A stretch of 33,526 nucleotides of DNA from an uncultured Blautia sp. GTDB lineage: Bacteria > Bacillota > Clostridia > Lachnospirales > Lachnospiraceae. Made by a program: the position numbers and the translations under genes. Each line of letters opens with the position of its first letter. Position 1 is the stretch's first letter. Below, one piece after another: positions 1 to 12,385 of this stretch. The stretch spans positions 8,465 to 41,990 of the forward strand of contig CAZJYM010000002.1 in the NCBI GenBank assembly GCA_964550245.1, read 5' to 3'. The notes under the pieces were generated by a model. It worked only from the letters and a program-made list of their open reading frames with translations, was not told the origin of the DNA and made no database searches.

Positions 1-23
1 ACAATACTCTCAAACCACTCCAT
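1..23 (-). CDS. 5' end of a gene running off the window (MEWFESI...), product unknown
   Basis: Minus strand reads GAAGAGG-AAAAAC-ATG GAG TGG TTT GAG AGT ATT, with TATAAT at 55-60. Only 7 codons are visible. Confidence 0.4.
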
Positions 24-70
24 GTTTTTCCTCTTCTTCCTTCAGGCCGGGTCCATTATAAAGGGATCCC

Positions 71-1180
71 TTAGAGGTCTCTCAAAGATTCCTCCAGCTT
101 TTTCTCGAAATCCACATCGTCCAGATCCGTGGCGGAAGAGCCGTACCTTTCCTCCGGCCTCTGGGCGCTCCGGCTCCTTCTGGAACCGGACCGGTCCTCC
201 CTTGCGTAGGTGGGGGCGGTATAGGGCATCTCCTCCGCTCTTCTCTCCTCTCTGGAGGATCCTCCGCCGATCTTTTTGATGCTTCTCTCGGAAGTGGACA
301 CGATGGCCTTGGGCACTGCCTTTACATAATAATAATACTCGTCGTCCTGGAATTCCAGCCGTTCGATGCGGCTGTAATCCCCGCCGAAGGCGAAAAACTC
401 CAGGATCAGGCTGATAAGAACCGAAACAACGGTGGAAATGATCAGGGGAGGCAGCGGGAACTCCACGTTGAAGTAAAATCCCCCTCCCAGCATCAGCAGC
501 ACGTACGCCAGTCCCCCGCAGACGATGGCGATGCGCCAGGCATAGTCGAAAGAACGGGAACGGATCAGGTTCACCAGAAGGGCCGTACCCACAAAGGCCA
601 CCACCGTGATCCACATCTCCCAGTTCTGGGCAATGCCGTCCGCCATCAAAGTCAATGCATCCAGCAAATCCGTATCGGGACTCTGGAGCACCTGGGCCTG
701 CTGCTTTAACAGATCCACAAAGTAATAGATGATCACCCCGCAGCCGGCGGGAAGCACGGCCTGGATGGGACATAAAAGCCCCGTTCCGATGGGAAGAAGG
801 GCCGGCACATTAAGGCCCAGTGCCAGCGGGGTAAAGGCCAGAACCGTATTGCAGCCCGTGCTGAACCGCAAAAAGAGGATCAGCATGAAGAGAATCAGAA
901 CCAGCATGAAGGCCGCCACCGCCGGCCCCAGGGCGTAGCAGTGGCCCACCATCAGGATAAAGCCGGCGAAAATCATCACCATGGGCGGGAGAATGGAACT
1001 GATCAGAGACAGGATCAGCACCACAAAGATGTTGTCAAGCTGGGCCATGTATCCCATGTGCTGATTGATCCAGGTAAAGTATACCAGGGCCATGAAAAAC
1101 TTCAGGAAGGGCTGGATGTAGCTCTCATAGGTTCCGTACAGGTTCTTGAGTTTTTGTTTGAATTCCAGTAATGTGGTCAT
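71..1180 (-). CDS. Multi-pass membrane protein with charged C-terminal tail, function unknown
   Basis: 369-aa ORF with many hydrophobic segments. Its ATG overlaps the upstream stop (ATGA at 1177-1180), with a GGAGG RBS. Confidence 0.85.
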   Translation of the reverse strand: MTTLLEFKQKLKNLYGTYESYIQPFLKFFMALVYFTWINQHMGYMAQLDNIFVVLILSLISSILPPMVMIFAGFILMVGHCYALGPAVAAFMLVLILFMLILFLRFSTGCNTVLAFTPLALGLNVPALLPIGTGLLCPIQAVLPAGCGVIIYYFVDLLKQQAQVLQSPDTDLLDALTLMADGIAQNWEMWITVVAFVGTALLVNLIRSRSFDYAWRIAIVCGGLAYVLLMLGGGFYFNVEFPLPPLIISTVVSVLISLILEFFAFGGDYSRIERLEFQDDEYYYYVKAVPKAIVSTSERSIKKIGGGSSREERRAEEMPYTAPTYAREDRSGSRRSRSAQRPEERYGSSATDLDDVDFEKKLEESLRDL

Positions 1181-1611
1181 CTGCCATGCCCTCCCGCTGT
1201 TCCCCGGCCGGACCCCTTCTTCTCTTCCCTGGCGTAGATCCGGTCAAGCCTGGTAAGCTCCTCGTAGTAGTTCTTCACGCTCTTCTTGGCCCTGTGGTAT
1301 TTCACCGAGTACTGGATGTAGGTGAGAAGGGTGTACAAAAGCAGCAGAACCACATATCCCGCGATCAGGTAAATCCCTAAGTTTACCAGGTTCATCCGGT
1401 GGATGTTTTCCAGAAGGTATTCTCCGAAATAGGCTCCCAGCACGGCCAGTATCATCGCATAGCCCACGGTCACCAGAAAGAAGTTCTTGATCAGGGCCAG
1501 CCCGATGTAGTCGCTGCGGAAATATTTGCTGATGGGAAGGTATTTCTTTCCCTCCCCCTGTTCGTACATGGCCAGACGGGTCATGATCTTTACTTTCTCT
1601 TCGTTAATCAT
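1177..1611 (-). CDS. Small membrane protein (2 TM segments), function unknown
   Basis: 144-aa ORF with GAGG RBS and two hydrophobic helices, translationally coupled to the downstream gene. Confidence 0.85.
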   Translation of the reverse strand: MINEEKVKIMTRLAMYEQGEGKKYLPISKYFRSDYIGLALIKNFFLVTVGYAMILAVLGAYFGEYLLENIHRMNLVNLGIYLIAGYVVLLLLYTLLTYIQYSVKYHRAKKSVKNYYEELTRLDRIYAREEKKGSGRGTAGGHGR

Positions 1612-1692
1612 TGCGCGTTCCTCAAAGGATTCTCCATTGCTGGCAGGGTATCAGAGGTGTTTCTGACACCCGGTTCATGGTCACACACGGAA

Positions 1693-1721
1693 ATTGTACC
1701 ATATATCAAGTCAGGTGAAAA
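1693..1721 (-). promoter_or_regulatory. Putative sigma-A promoter for the membrane-protein pair
   Basis: TTTTCA-17 bp-TACAAT with extended -10 TGn. Confidence 0.45.
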
Positions 1722-1766
1722 GTACTTTTTGAAAGGATTGCAATCTGCATAACCCGTAATCATCCT

Positions 1767-4010
1767 TTAAAGATCCGCCTCCGCCAGCTCCGAAAGTCTT
1801 ACATCCAGCGTGCTGTACCGGCTCTGCTGCTTGTCATTGCGGATCATCTCCTGGAAGGTCTCCTCGCTTCCCACAACGGTGACGCACTTTTTGGCCCGGG
1901 TCACCGCCGTGTAGAGAAGGTTGCGGTTCATCAGCATCCTGGGACCGGAAAGAAGAGGCAGGATCACCGCCGGATACTCGGATCCCTGGGATTTGTGGAT
2001 GGTGATGGCGTAGGCCAGTTCCAGCTCCTCCAGCTGTTTAAAGGAATAGAGGGCGAACCGTCCGTCCTCAAATTCCACCTCCGCAGTCTGGGCAAATTCG
2101 TTCAGGCTTCTTAGAATCCCCGTATCCCCGTTAAAGACGCCTACGCCCTGATCCGTTACAATCCCATGCTTTCCCCGGATCTCCCACTCCATCTGGTAGT
2201 TGTTCTTCACCTGCATCACCTTGTCCCCCTCCCGGAACAGGGTGTCCCCGGATTCTCTCTCCTTCTTGGTCTCATCCGGGGGATTGAGATACATCTGCAG
2301 GATTTTGTTCAGTCTCTCCACCCCTAAAAGTCCCTTGCGCATGGGGGTGAGCACCTGAATCTCAGAGGGACGGGCCGATACATACCCGGGAAGCTTCTTC
2401 TGAATCAGGGTGATGATCACCCGGATCACCGTGTCTGCATCCGAACGGCGAAGGAAGAAGAAATCCCGGCTCTTATTGTTGGGAATCACCGGCTCACCCC
2501 GGTTGATCTTATGGGCATTGACCACGATGTCGCTCTCTCTGGCCTGCCGGAAGATCTGGGTGAGCTCCACACCCGGGAACTGGCCCGAGCGGAGGATGTC
2601 CCGCAGAACGTTTCCCGGTCCCACGCTGGGAAGCTGGTTTTCATCCCCCACCAGGATCAGCCTGGTACCGGGCGTGATCGCCAGAAGCAGGGCGTGCATC
2701 AGGGTGATGTCCACCATGGACATCTCATCGATGATGATCACGTCCGCCTCCAGGGGATTGGATTCATTGCGCTCAAAGTGGACGCTTCTGCCGTTGTTCT
2801 CCTCCAGGGGCACTCCGGAGAGCTCCAGCATCCGGTGGATGGTCTGGGCCTGAAATCCCGTGGCCTCGCTCATGCGCTTGGCGGCCCGGCCGGTGGGAGC
2901 AGCCAGCAACAGCTGGGATCCCTCCCCCAGGAAGAAATGGATGATGGCATTGATGGTGGTGGTCTTTCCGGTACCGGGGCCTCCGGTTAAAAGAAAGACT
3001 CCCTGTCCGGCTGCTTCCGCCACCGCTTTTTTCTGCATCCCGTCCAGGACAATACCCGTCTCCTTTTCCAGGGAGCGGATCCTCGCATTCACCCTTCCGG
3101 GATCAAAGGGACAGGGGATGTTCAAGTCCCGCAGCATCCTGGCCGTATCCAGCTCCAGGTAGTAGTAGGATCCGGGATAGACCATCATCTTCTCTCCCAG
3201 GGGCTTCATGACCACCTTTCCGTCCAGGACCATGTCCATCAGGTACTTGTCCAGACGGGAAGGTTCCACCCCCAGAAGAGCGGAAGAACGCTCAAAGAGC
3301 TGTTCTTTGGGCAGACAGGTATGTCCCTCCCCGGTGGCGGAAAGCAGGGTATAGAGCATGCCGCTGCGGATCCGGTACTCGGAGTCCGGGCGGATCCCCA
3401 GCCTGGAGGCGATTTCATCGGCGGTCTTAAAACCCACCCCGGCGATGTCCTCCGCCAGCTGGTAGGGGTTTTCCCTCAGGACAGAATACACCTTATCCCT
3501 GTATTTCTGAAAAATCTTAGCGCCAAGATTCAAAGAGATGCCGTACCGGGAGAGAAAGATCATGGCCTGGCGCATGTCGGCCTTTTCCTTTACCTGGGCG
3601 GCAATCTCGGAGGCCATCTTTTCACTGATGCCCTTTATCTCGGAAAGTCTCCCCGGCTCCTCCTCCATGATCCGCAGGGTATCATCCCCAAAGCGGCGCA
3701 CAATGCGGGCAGCCAGAGCAGGTCCCACGCCCTTGATGGCGCCTGACCCCAGGTAGCGCTCCATGGCCAGGGCATCCTCCGGCTCCACCTCCTCAAAAGA
3801 GTGGATTTTAAACTGTTTTCCATACACCGGATGGGTGGTGTATTCCCCTCTGGCATGGATGGTCAGTCCCGGGGAAATGGAGGGAAAGGTGCCCACACAG
3901 GTTAAGGGCTCCTCCCCGGTAATGCCCAGGACAAACACGGTGTATCCGTTTTCATCGCTGTGAAAGATCACATGATCAATAAAGCCGGTTACGGATTCCT
4001 CTCCCCCCAT
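1767..4010 (-). CDS. recD2: ATP-dependent RecD2-like SF1B DNA helicase
   Basis: N-terminal OB/HhH region (IKGVGPALA), Walker A GGPGTGKTT, DEMSM, GDENQLPSVGPG, AYAITIHKSQGSEY, YTAVTRAK. The true start is the ATG at 4010 behind a GGAGGTG RBS; the listed extension to 4640 overlaps mreB. Confidence 0.95.
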   Translation of the reverse strand: MGGEESVTGFIDHVIFHSDENGYTVFVLGITGEEPLTCVGTFPSISPGLTIHARGEYTTHPVYGKQFKIHSFEEVEPEDALAMERYLGSGAIKGVGPALAARIVRRFGDDTLRIMEEEPGRLSEIKGISEKMASEIAAQVKEKADMRQAMIFLSRYGISLNLGAKIFQKYRDKVYSVLRENPYQLAEDIAGVGFKTADEIASRLGIRPDSEYRIRSGMLYTLLSATGEGHTCLPKEQLFERSSALLGVEPSRLDKYLMDMVLDGKVVMKPLGEKMMVYPGSYYYLELDTARMLRDLNIPCPFDPGRVNARIRSLEKETGIVLDGMQKKAVAEAAGQGVFLLTGGPGTGKTTTINAIIHFFLGEGSQLLLAAPTGRAAKRMSEATGFQAQTIHRMLELSGVPLEENNGRSVHFERNESNPLEADVIIIDEMSMVDITLMHALLLAITPGTRLILVGDENQLPSVGPGNVLRDILRSGQFPGVELTQIFRQARESDIVVNAHKINRGEPVIPNNKSRDFFFLRRSDADTVIRVIITLIQKKLPGYVSARPSEIQVLTPMRKGLLGVERLNKILQMYLNPPDETKKERESGDTLFREGDKVMQVKNNYQMEWEIRGKHGIVTDQGVGVFNGDTGILRSLNEFAQTAEVEFEDGRFALYSFKQLEELELAYAITIHKSQGSEYPAVILPLLSGPRMLMNRNLLYTAVTRAKKCVTVVGSEETFQEMIRNDKQQSRYSTLDVRLSELAEADL

Positions 4011-4027
4011 CTTTTCACCTCCATCAT

Positions 4028-5017
4028 TCAGCGGTCCATCCGCTCCATCACATCCGGATATTTTCCGGTTCCTATCACGGCCACATCCATGGGATCCTGC
4101 ACTGTCATGGCATGAACCCCGGTTTTCTCCTCGATCAGGGCATCCATGCCGTGCAGAAGAGATCCCCCTCCTGTCAGCAGTATCCCCCGGTCCACGATGT
4201 CCGCCGCCAGCTCCGGCGGCGTCTTTTCCAGGATGCTGCGTACCGTCTCCACGATCTGTCCCGTGGCATCCTTTAAGGCCAGCCTCATCTCCTGGGATGT
4301 CAAAGTGGCAACCCGGGGAAGACCGGTGATCACGTTTCGTCCCTTCACCTCCATGGTTCTGGGAAGCTTTTCCTCCACGGCGGTGCCGATCTCCATCTTG
4401 ATGCGCTCCGCCGCCTCCTCCCCGATAAACAGGCTGTGGTTGTTGCGCACGTAGCTCATGATGGCCTGGTTGAACACATCCCCGGCCACCTTGATGGAGC
4501 TGGAAACCACCACCCCGGCCATGGAGATCACGGCCACATCGGTGGTGCCCCCTCCGATGTCCACGATCAGGTTTCCAAAGGGCTTGGTCACGTCCACCCC
4601 GGCGCCGATGGCGGAGGCCACCGCCTCCTCCACCAGACACACGCTCCTGGCTCCCGCCTGGTAGGTGGCCTCCTCCACGGCCCGGCGCTCGATCTCCGTG
4701 GTGCCGCTGGGCACGCAGATGCTGATGCGGGGCTTGATGAAGGCCCTTCGTCCCAAAGCCCTTGAGATGAAAAACTTCAGCATCTTTTCCATTACAATGT
4801 AGTCCACCACCACCCCCTGCCGGATGGGGCGGATCAGCTCCATGTTGGAGGAGAGACGCCCGGCCATCTGGCGGGCCTCCTCCCCGATGGCCCTTATCTT
4901 TTCCGAATTTTTATCATACACCACCACGGAGGGCTCCTTTAAGACCATTCCTCTGGTGGTGGAATATACCAGACTGTTCCTGGTTCCCAGGTCGATACCG
5001 ATATCACTTGCCGGCAT
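4028..5017 (-). CDS. mreB: MreB/Mbl-family actin-like rod shape-determining protein (diverged paralogue)
   Basis: IGIDLGT, IRPIRQGVV, VDIGGGTTDVA, KTPPELAADI and LTGGGSLL motifs. Confidence 0.92.
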   Translation of the reverse strand: MPASDIGIDLGTRNSLVYSTTRGMVLKEPSVVVYDKNSEKIRAIGEEARQMAGRLSSNMELIRPIRQGVVVDYIVMEKMLKFFISRALGRRAFIKPRISICVPSGTTEIERRAVEEATYQAGARSVCLVEEAVASAIGAGVDVTKPFGNLIVDIGGGTTDVAVISMAGVVVSSSIKVAGDVFNQAIMSYVRNNHSLFIGEEAAERIKMEIGTAVEEKLPRTMEVKGRNVITGLPRVATLTSQEMRLALKDATGQIVETVRSILEKTPPELAADIVDRGILLTGGGSLLHGMDALIEEKTGVHAMTVQDPMDVAVIGTGKYPDVMERMDR

Positions 5018-5045
5018 GGAACTCCCCCTTCTTCTTTGTCCCCTG

Positions 5046-7895
<2,850 letters not shown>

Positions 7896-7916
7896 GATCC
7901 TGCCTCCAATGTTCTT

Positions 7917-9056
7917 CTATTCTTCAATAAAGTCTGAAAGAATGTAGTTGCTCACATGTATCCCTTCCCTGGAAAACCTCCAGGATCCATTCTGATGGAC
8001 TAAAAAGCCCTGAGTTTCATACTTAAAAAGGACCGGCCCGAAGATCTCCTCCATGGTCTTTCCAAAACGGAGAGCAAAGGTCTCCTCCTCCACGCCCCGG
8101 GTCATACGCAGTCCCAGAAACATGAATTCCTCCATCTGCTGCCGAAGCGTGAGATCCTGCACATCCTTATGGATCTTTTCGGGAAAGCGGCTGAAATGAA
8201 GATACTGATCCATGTCGGAGGTATTGCTGTACCGTTTCTCCTTCCACAAAGATGCGGCTCCCAGGCCGAAGCCCAGGTACTCCCGCCGGATCCAGTACCC
8301 CTCATTGTGGATGCAGGCAAACCCCGGCCGGGCGTAGTTGGAGATTTCATACTGGTGATAGCCGTACTCTGAAAGGATCTCCGCCGTATCCTCATACATG
8401 GCATACTCCTCTTCCTCACCGGGAAGATCCAGATCCATGGAGGCAAAGGGGGTTCCCTCCTCCACGATCAGGCTGTAGGCGGAGATGTGTTCCGGGGACA
8501 ATTCTGCCGTCCACTGAAGGTTTTCCTTCCATTTAAAAGGGGTCTGTCCCGGCAGGGCAAACATCAGATCCACGTTGATGTTTGAAAAGCCCTCTTCTCT
8601 GGCCAGAGAGAAGCTCTCCAGAAAGTCCTCCCGGCTGTGAATTCTTCCCAGGTTTTTAAGATCTGTGTCCCTCGGAGACTGTAGGCCAAGGCTAAGGCGG
8701 TTGATGCCGCACTGCCTGTAAGTTTTAACTTTCTCCCTCGTCAAAGTCCCCGGATTCGCCTCTATTGTAATCTCGGCGTCCGGGGAGACTGTAAATTCCT
8801 TTTTTAATTGTGTGACAATTCGGTTTATATCCTCTCCCGGAAGCAATGAAGGGGTGCCTCCGCCCAGAAAGACGGAAATCACCTCGCGGGATCTCCTCTC
8901 TTCTTCCGGGAAACTCTTTATCTCTTCCAGTAAAGCTTCTATATAACTTTTTTGTACCCGCCGTCCGGAAGGGAAAGAGAGAAAATCACAGTACAGGCAC
9001 TTCCGGGCACAAAAGGGGATGTGCACATAGATCTCCAGGGAAGTGTCCTGTCTCAC
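7917..9056 (-). CDS. hemW: Radical SAM heme chaperone HemW (HemN-like)
   Basis: YVHIPFCARKCLYCDF, GGGTPS, YEISNYA, HNxxYW. The GTG start overlaps the upstream stop. Confidence 0.93.
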   Translation of the reverse strand: MRQDTSLEIYVHIPFCARKCLYCDFLSFPSGRRVQKSYIEALLEEIKSFPEEERRSREVISVFLGGGTPSLLPGEDINRIVTQLKKEFTVSPDAEITIEANPGTLTREKVKTYRQCGINRLSLGLQSPRDTDLKNLGRIHSREDFLESFSLAREEGFSNINVDLMFALPGQTPFKWKENLQWTAELSPEHISAYSLIVEEGTPFASMDLDLPGEEEEYAMYEDTAEILSEYGYHQYEISNYARPGFACIHNEGYWIRREYLGFGLGAASLWKEKRYSNTSDMDQYLHFSRFPEKIHKDVQDLTLRQQMEEFMFLGLRMTRGVEEETFALRFGKTMEEIFGPVLFKYETQGFLVHQNGSWRFSREGIHVSNYILSDFIEE

Positions 9057-9376
9057 TTTTCCTCTTCCTCCGGGGTGACCGTTGCATCCGGCTCCGGGGT
9101 AACGGTTACATCTTCTTCGACTGCCGGTGCCGTCCCGTCTCTGGTAACCCCCATATCCTCCACCAGATAGCCGTTTACCATGGTAAGGCTTCCCGTGGTC
9201 TCAACCGCCTCCGGATCCAGCTGGGCCGGTTCCGGGGTGGGCGTGGGTTCCGGTGTGATGGTGATCTCCAGCACCTGCTGCTCCGCCGGATCCTTCTCTC
9301 TGGAACATCCGGCAAAAAGAAAGACTCCCAGAAAGATCACCATTCCTGCTTTCCATCCTCTTTTTCTGCCCGGCAT
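9053..9376 (-). CDS. Small Pro/Thr/Glu-rich lipoprotein
   Basis: GGGGAGG RBS, basic N-terminus, hydrophobic stretch, lipobox LFAG-C, and TPEP/TVTPE repeats. Confidence 0.8.
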   Translation of the reverse strand: MPGRKRGWKAGMVIFLGVFLFAGCSREKDPAEQQVLEITITPEPTPTPEPAQLDPEAVETTGSLTMVNGYLVEDMGVTRDGTAPAVEEDVTVTPEPDATVTPEEEEK

Positions 9377-9396
9377 AACCCGTCCTCCCCTGTGCC

Positions 9397-11205
9397 TTAT
9401 TTATCGTCCAGCTTTAAAACGCTCATGAAGGCCTTCTGAGGAATCTCCACGTTCCCCACCTGGCGCATGCGCTTCTTGCCTTCCTTCTGTTTTTCCAGAA
9501 GCTTCTTCTTCCGGGTGATGTCTCCTCCGTAGCACTTGGCCAGCACATCCTTGCGCAGAGCCTTTACGGTCTCTCTGGCAATGATGCGGCTTCCCACTGC
9601 GGCCTGGATGGGGATCTCAAAGAGCTGCCGGGGGATCTCCTCCTTCAGCTTCTCACACATCTTTCGGCCCCGGTCATAGGCGGAATCCGCAAAGACGATG
9701 AAGGAGAGGGCATCCACCTCCTCATGGTTTACCAGGATGTCCAGCTTGACCAGATCGCTCTTCTGGTAGCCGCAAAGCTCGTAATCCAGAGAGGCATACC
9801 CTCTGGACCGGGACTTTAGGGCGTCGAAAAAGTCGTAGATGATCTCATTCAAAGGAAGGATGTAGCGCAGCACCGCCCGGGTGGCCTCCATGTAGTCCAT
9901 TCCCTGGTACTGTCCCCGCCTCTCCTGGCACAGATCCATGATGGGACCGATAAACTCGGTGGTCACCATGATCTCCGCCTTTACAACAGGCTCTTCCATA
10001 TATAAGATCTCGGAAGGATCCGGCAGGTTGGAGGGATTGGTCAGTTCCATCATCTCCCCGTTGGTCTTGTAAACTTTATAAATAACACTGGGAGCGGTGG
10101 TGACCAGATCCAGGTTGTACTCCCTCTCCAGTCTCTCCTGGATCACCTCCAGGTGAAGAAGACCCAGGAAGCCGCAGCGGAAACCAAAACCTAGAGCTAC
10201 CGAGGTCTCCGGTTCGTAGAACAGGGCCGCATCATTTAATTGCAGCTTTTCCAGGGCATCCCGCAGATCTCCGTACCTGGCTCCATCCGAAGGATACAGG
10301 CCGCAGTACACCATGGGCACGGCCTTCTTGTATCCGGGAAGGGGAGTATCGCAGGGCCGGGAGGAATCCGTCACCGTATCTCCCACCCGGGTATCCCGCA
10401 CATTTTTCATGCTGGCGGTGAGATACCCCACCATGCCGGCACTCAGTTCATCGCAGGGAATAAAAACGCCGGCTCCAAAGTAGCCCACTTCCACGGTCTC
10501 CGTCTGAAAGCCGGTGGCCATCATGCGGATGGGGGTACCCTTTCGTATCTTTCCGTCCATCACCCGGATAAAGGCTATCACGCCCTTATAGGAGTCATAG
10601 ACGGAATCAAAGATCAGAGCCTTTAAGGGGGCATCCGGATCCCCCTGGGGTGCCGGCAGCTTCTCCACCACCTGCTCCAGCACATCCTCGATGTTGATCC
10701 CCAGCTTGGCGGAGATCCTGGGTGCATCCTGGGCCTCCAGGCCGATCACGTCCTCAATCTCCTGGATCACCCGCTCCGGATCTGCACTGGGCAGATCGAT
10801 CTTGTTGATCACCGGCAGCACTTCCAGGTCATGGTCCAGGGCCAGGTACACGTTGGCCAGAGTCTGGGCCTCGATGCCCTGGGCGGCGTCCACCACCAGA
10901 ATGGCCCCGTCGCAGGCCGCCAGGCTTCTGGATACCTCGTAGTTAAAGTCCACATGCCCCGGGGTGTCTATCAGGTTGAAGATATATTCCTCCCCGCTTT
11001 TGGACCGGTAGACGATTCGGCAGGCCTGGGACTTGATGGTGATGCCTCTCTCCCGCTCCAGATCCATGTTGTCGAGGACCTGGGCCTGCATCTCCCGCTG
11101 GGTTAGAAGTCCGGTCTTTTCGATAATGCGGTCCGCCAGGGTGGATTTTCCATGGTCGATGTGGGCGATGATACAGAAATTACGAATCCTGCTCTGGTCA
11201 ATCAT
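9397..11205 (-). CDS. lepA: Translation elongation factor 4 (LepA)
   Basis: [72 protein letters not shown]. Confidence 0.99.
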   Translation of the reverse strand: MIDQSRIRNFCIIAHIDHGKSTLADRIIEKTGLLTQREMQAQVLDNMDLERERGITIKSQACRIVYRSKSGEEYIFNLIDTPGHVDFNYEVSRSLAACDGAILVVDAAQGIEAQTLANVYLALDHDLEVLPVINKIDLPSADPERVIQEIEDVIGLEAQDAPRISAKLGINIEDVLEQVVEKLPAPQGDPDAPLKALIFDSVYDSYKGVIAFIRVMDGKIRKGTPIRMMATGFQTETVEVGYFGAGVFIPCDELSAGMVGYLTASMKNVRDTRVGDTVTDSSRPCDTPLPGYKKAVPMVYCGLYPSDGARYGDLRDALEKLQLNDAALFYEPETSVALGFGFRCGFLGLLHLEVIQERLEREYNLDLVTTAPSVIYKVYKTNGEMMELTNPSNLPDPSEILYMEEPVVKAEIMVTTEFIGPIMDLCQERRGQYQGMDYMEATRAVLRYILPLNEIIYDFFDALKSRSRGYASLDYELCGYQKSDLVKLDILVNHEEVDALSFIVFADSAYDRGRKMCEKLKEEIPRQLFEIPIQAAVGSRIIARETVKALRKDVLAKCYGGDITRKKKLLEKQKEGKKRMRQVGNVEIPQKAFMSVLKLDDK

Positions 11206-11279
11206 TCAGAAGCTCCTTCCGATACAAACTGTGCCCCTTCATAGAGCACAGGGAATAAGTGTACTCACTGTCTGGAGGT

Positions 11280-11308
11280 ATCTTAACACACACCCGGTGA
11301 AAAAGCAA
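11280..11308 (-). promoter_or_regulatory. Putative sigma-A promoter of the lepA run
   Basis: TTGCTT-17 bp-TAAGAT with TGn extension. The leader contains a CTGTGC...GCACAG hairpin near 11229-11251. Confidence 0.55.
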
Positions 11309-11494
11309 ACACCAGAGGATGACCTGCCGATGGGTTGACACTTCCTGACAGAGGTGAAACCTGTGAAAACCGGCATAAAATGCAGATTTTTAAAAAGCAT
11401 TGACAGGGATTCCCCAATCCCAGGTGCCTGCAGCCGGAACGGATCCGAAAAGACTGTTCTGAATGAACGCCGGAACCGTTTTTTGAAATTTCTC

Positions 11495-11522
11495 TTTACA
11501 TTTCAGGATGCTGTGCTATAAT
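11495..11522 (+). promoter_or_regulatory. Putative sigma-A promoter upstream of the AlbA pseudogene
   Basis: TTTACA-16 bp-TATAAT with TGn extension. Confidence 0.6.
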
Positions 11523-11636
11523 GGGAAAAATGAATGGAATTCTTATTCGCGCGTCAATTGAATAGCATTTGAAAACAATGCACTTTAAGATCATATGGAG
11601 TATAACAGACTGCGATCAGGAAAGGAGATGACAGAC

Positions 11637-12337
11637 ATGGACGTAAAGAAACTGCTTGGAGAAGCCGCTGACTGTGAAATCTTTGAAAGGCTGGATGAGA
11701 AGGATCCCGGGCTACTGCGAACCGCCAGTACCTTTGCCAACGGGGAAGGCGGGGTACTGATTTTGGGTACGGAGGATCCCAGGGGTACATCGCAAACAAT
11801 CCACACTCTTCTTCGTGAAAGGATGGATCCGGTTCCACCCTTTTCCATCCACACACGAACTGTGGATGACAAACCCGTACTGCTTTTGAAAGTAGAGCCC
11901 GGCATGGAGACACCCTGTTACTGCCTGGAGTGGACAGGGAGGACAGCCTGCCCTTCGGTTATGAATTCTCCAAAATGGCTTTTACAAAGCTGATCTCCAC
12001 TTACTATCAGAGAGTCCACGGCGACTTTCAGGAAAGCGACTTCCACAGCTGGGGTCTTGTGGATGAAACGGGGGCACTGACCTTTGCGGGAGCGCTTCTG
12101 GCCGATAACTGCCCGATTTACCAGTCAAGGATCTTCTGCACCAGATGGAACGGTCTGGACAAAAGGGATGCCCTTGACAGTGATGAATACTCCGGCAGTC
12201 TGATCTCCCTGCTGCAGGAAGGAGCGGCCTTTGTAAGGCGCAACTCTCACAAGGGCTGGTTTAAGACAGCCGACAGCCGGATTGAACTGCCGGATTACCC
12301 TGAAAGAGCCGTAACGGAAGGGATCTTAAACGGCCTG
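11637..12337 (+). pseudogene. Frameshifted, truncated AlbA_2/Schlafen-domain + ATP-binding (RecG-C/HATPase_c_4-type) protein
   Basis: STFANGEGGVLILG in the first ORF. GALTFAGALL, SRIFCTRWNG and LPDYPERAVTEGILN lie in a second frame after about 11940. Similarity stops before the expected (I/V)HRDY motif. RBS AAAGGAG precedes ATG 11637. Confidence 0.8.
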
Positions 12338-12385
12338 AAGACGATCCCATCTGACTCTGAAAAATTTAAATTACCATCAGACGGA

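Noticed and set aside
4011-4640. 210-aa N-terminal extension of RecD2 in the ORF track
   Set aside because: It is an alternative frame of mreB with low-complexity G/R/H sequence. A GGAGGTG RBS supports the start at 4010.
11206-11594. Riboswitch, tRNA or other ncRNA in the lepA upstream region
   Set aside because: Only a short leader hairpin and promoters are recognisable. An Rfam/Infernal scan would be needed to exclude an ncRNA fully.
11930-11993. Programmed -1 ribosomal frameshift in the AlbA gene
   Set aside because: There is no canonical slippery heptamer, and additional deletions and a 3' truncation point to decay.
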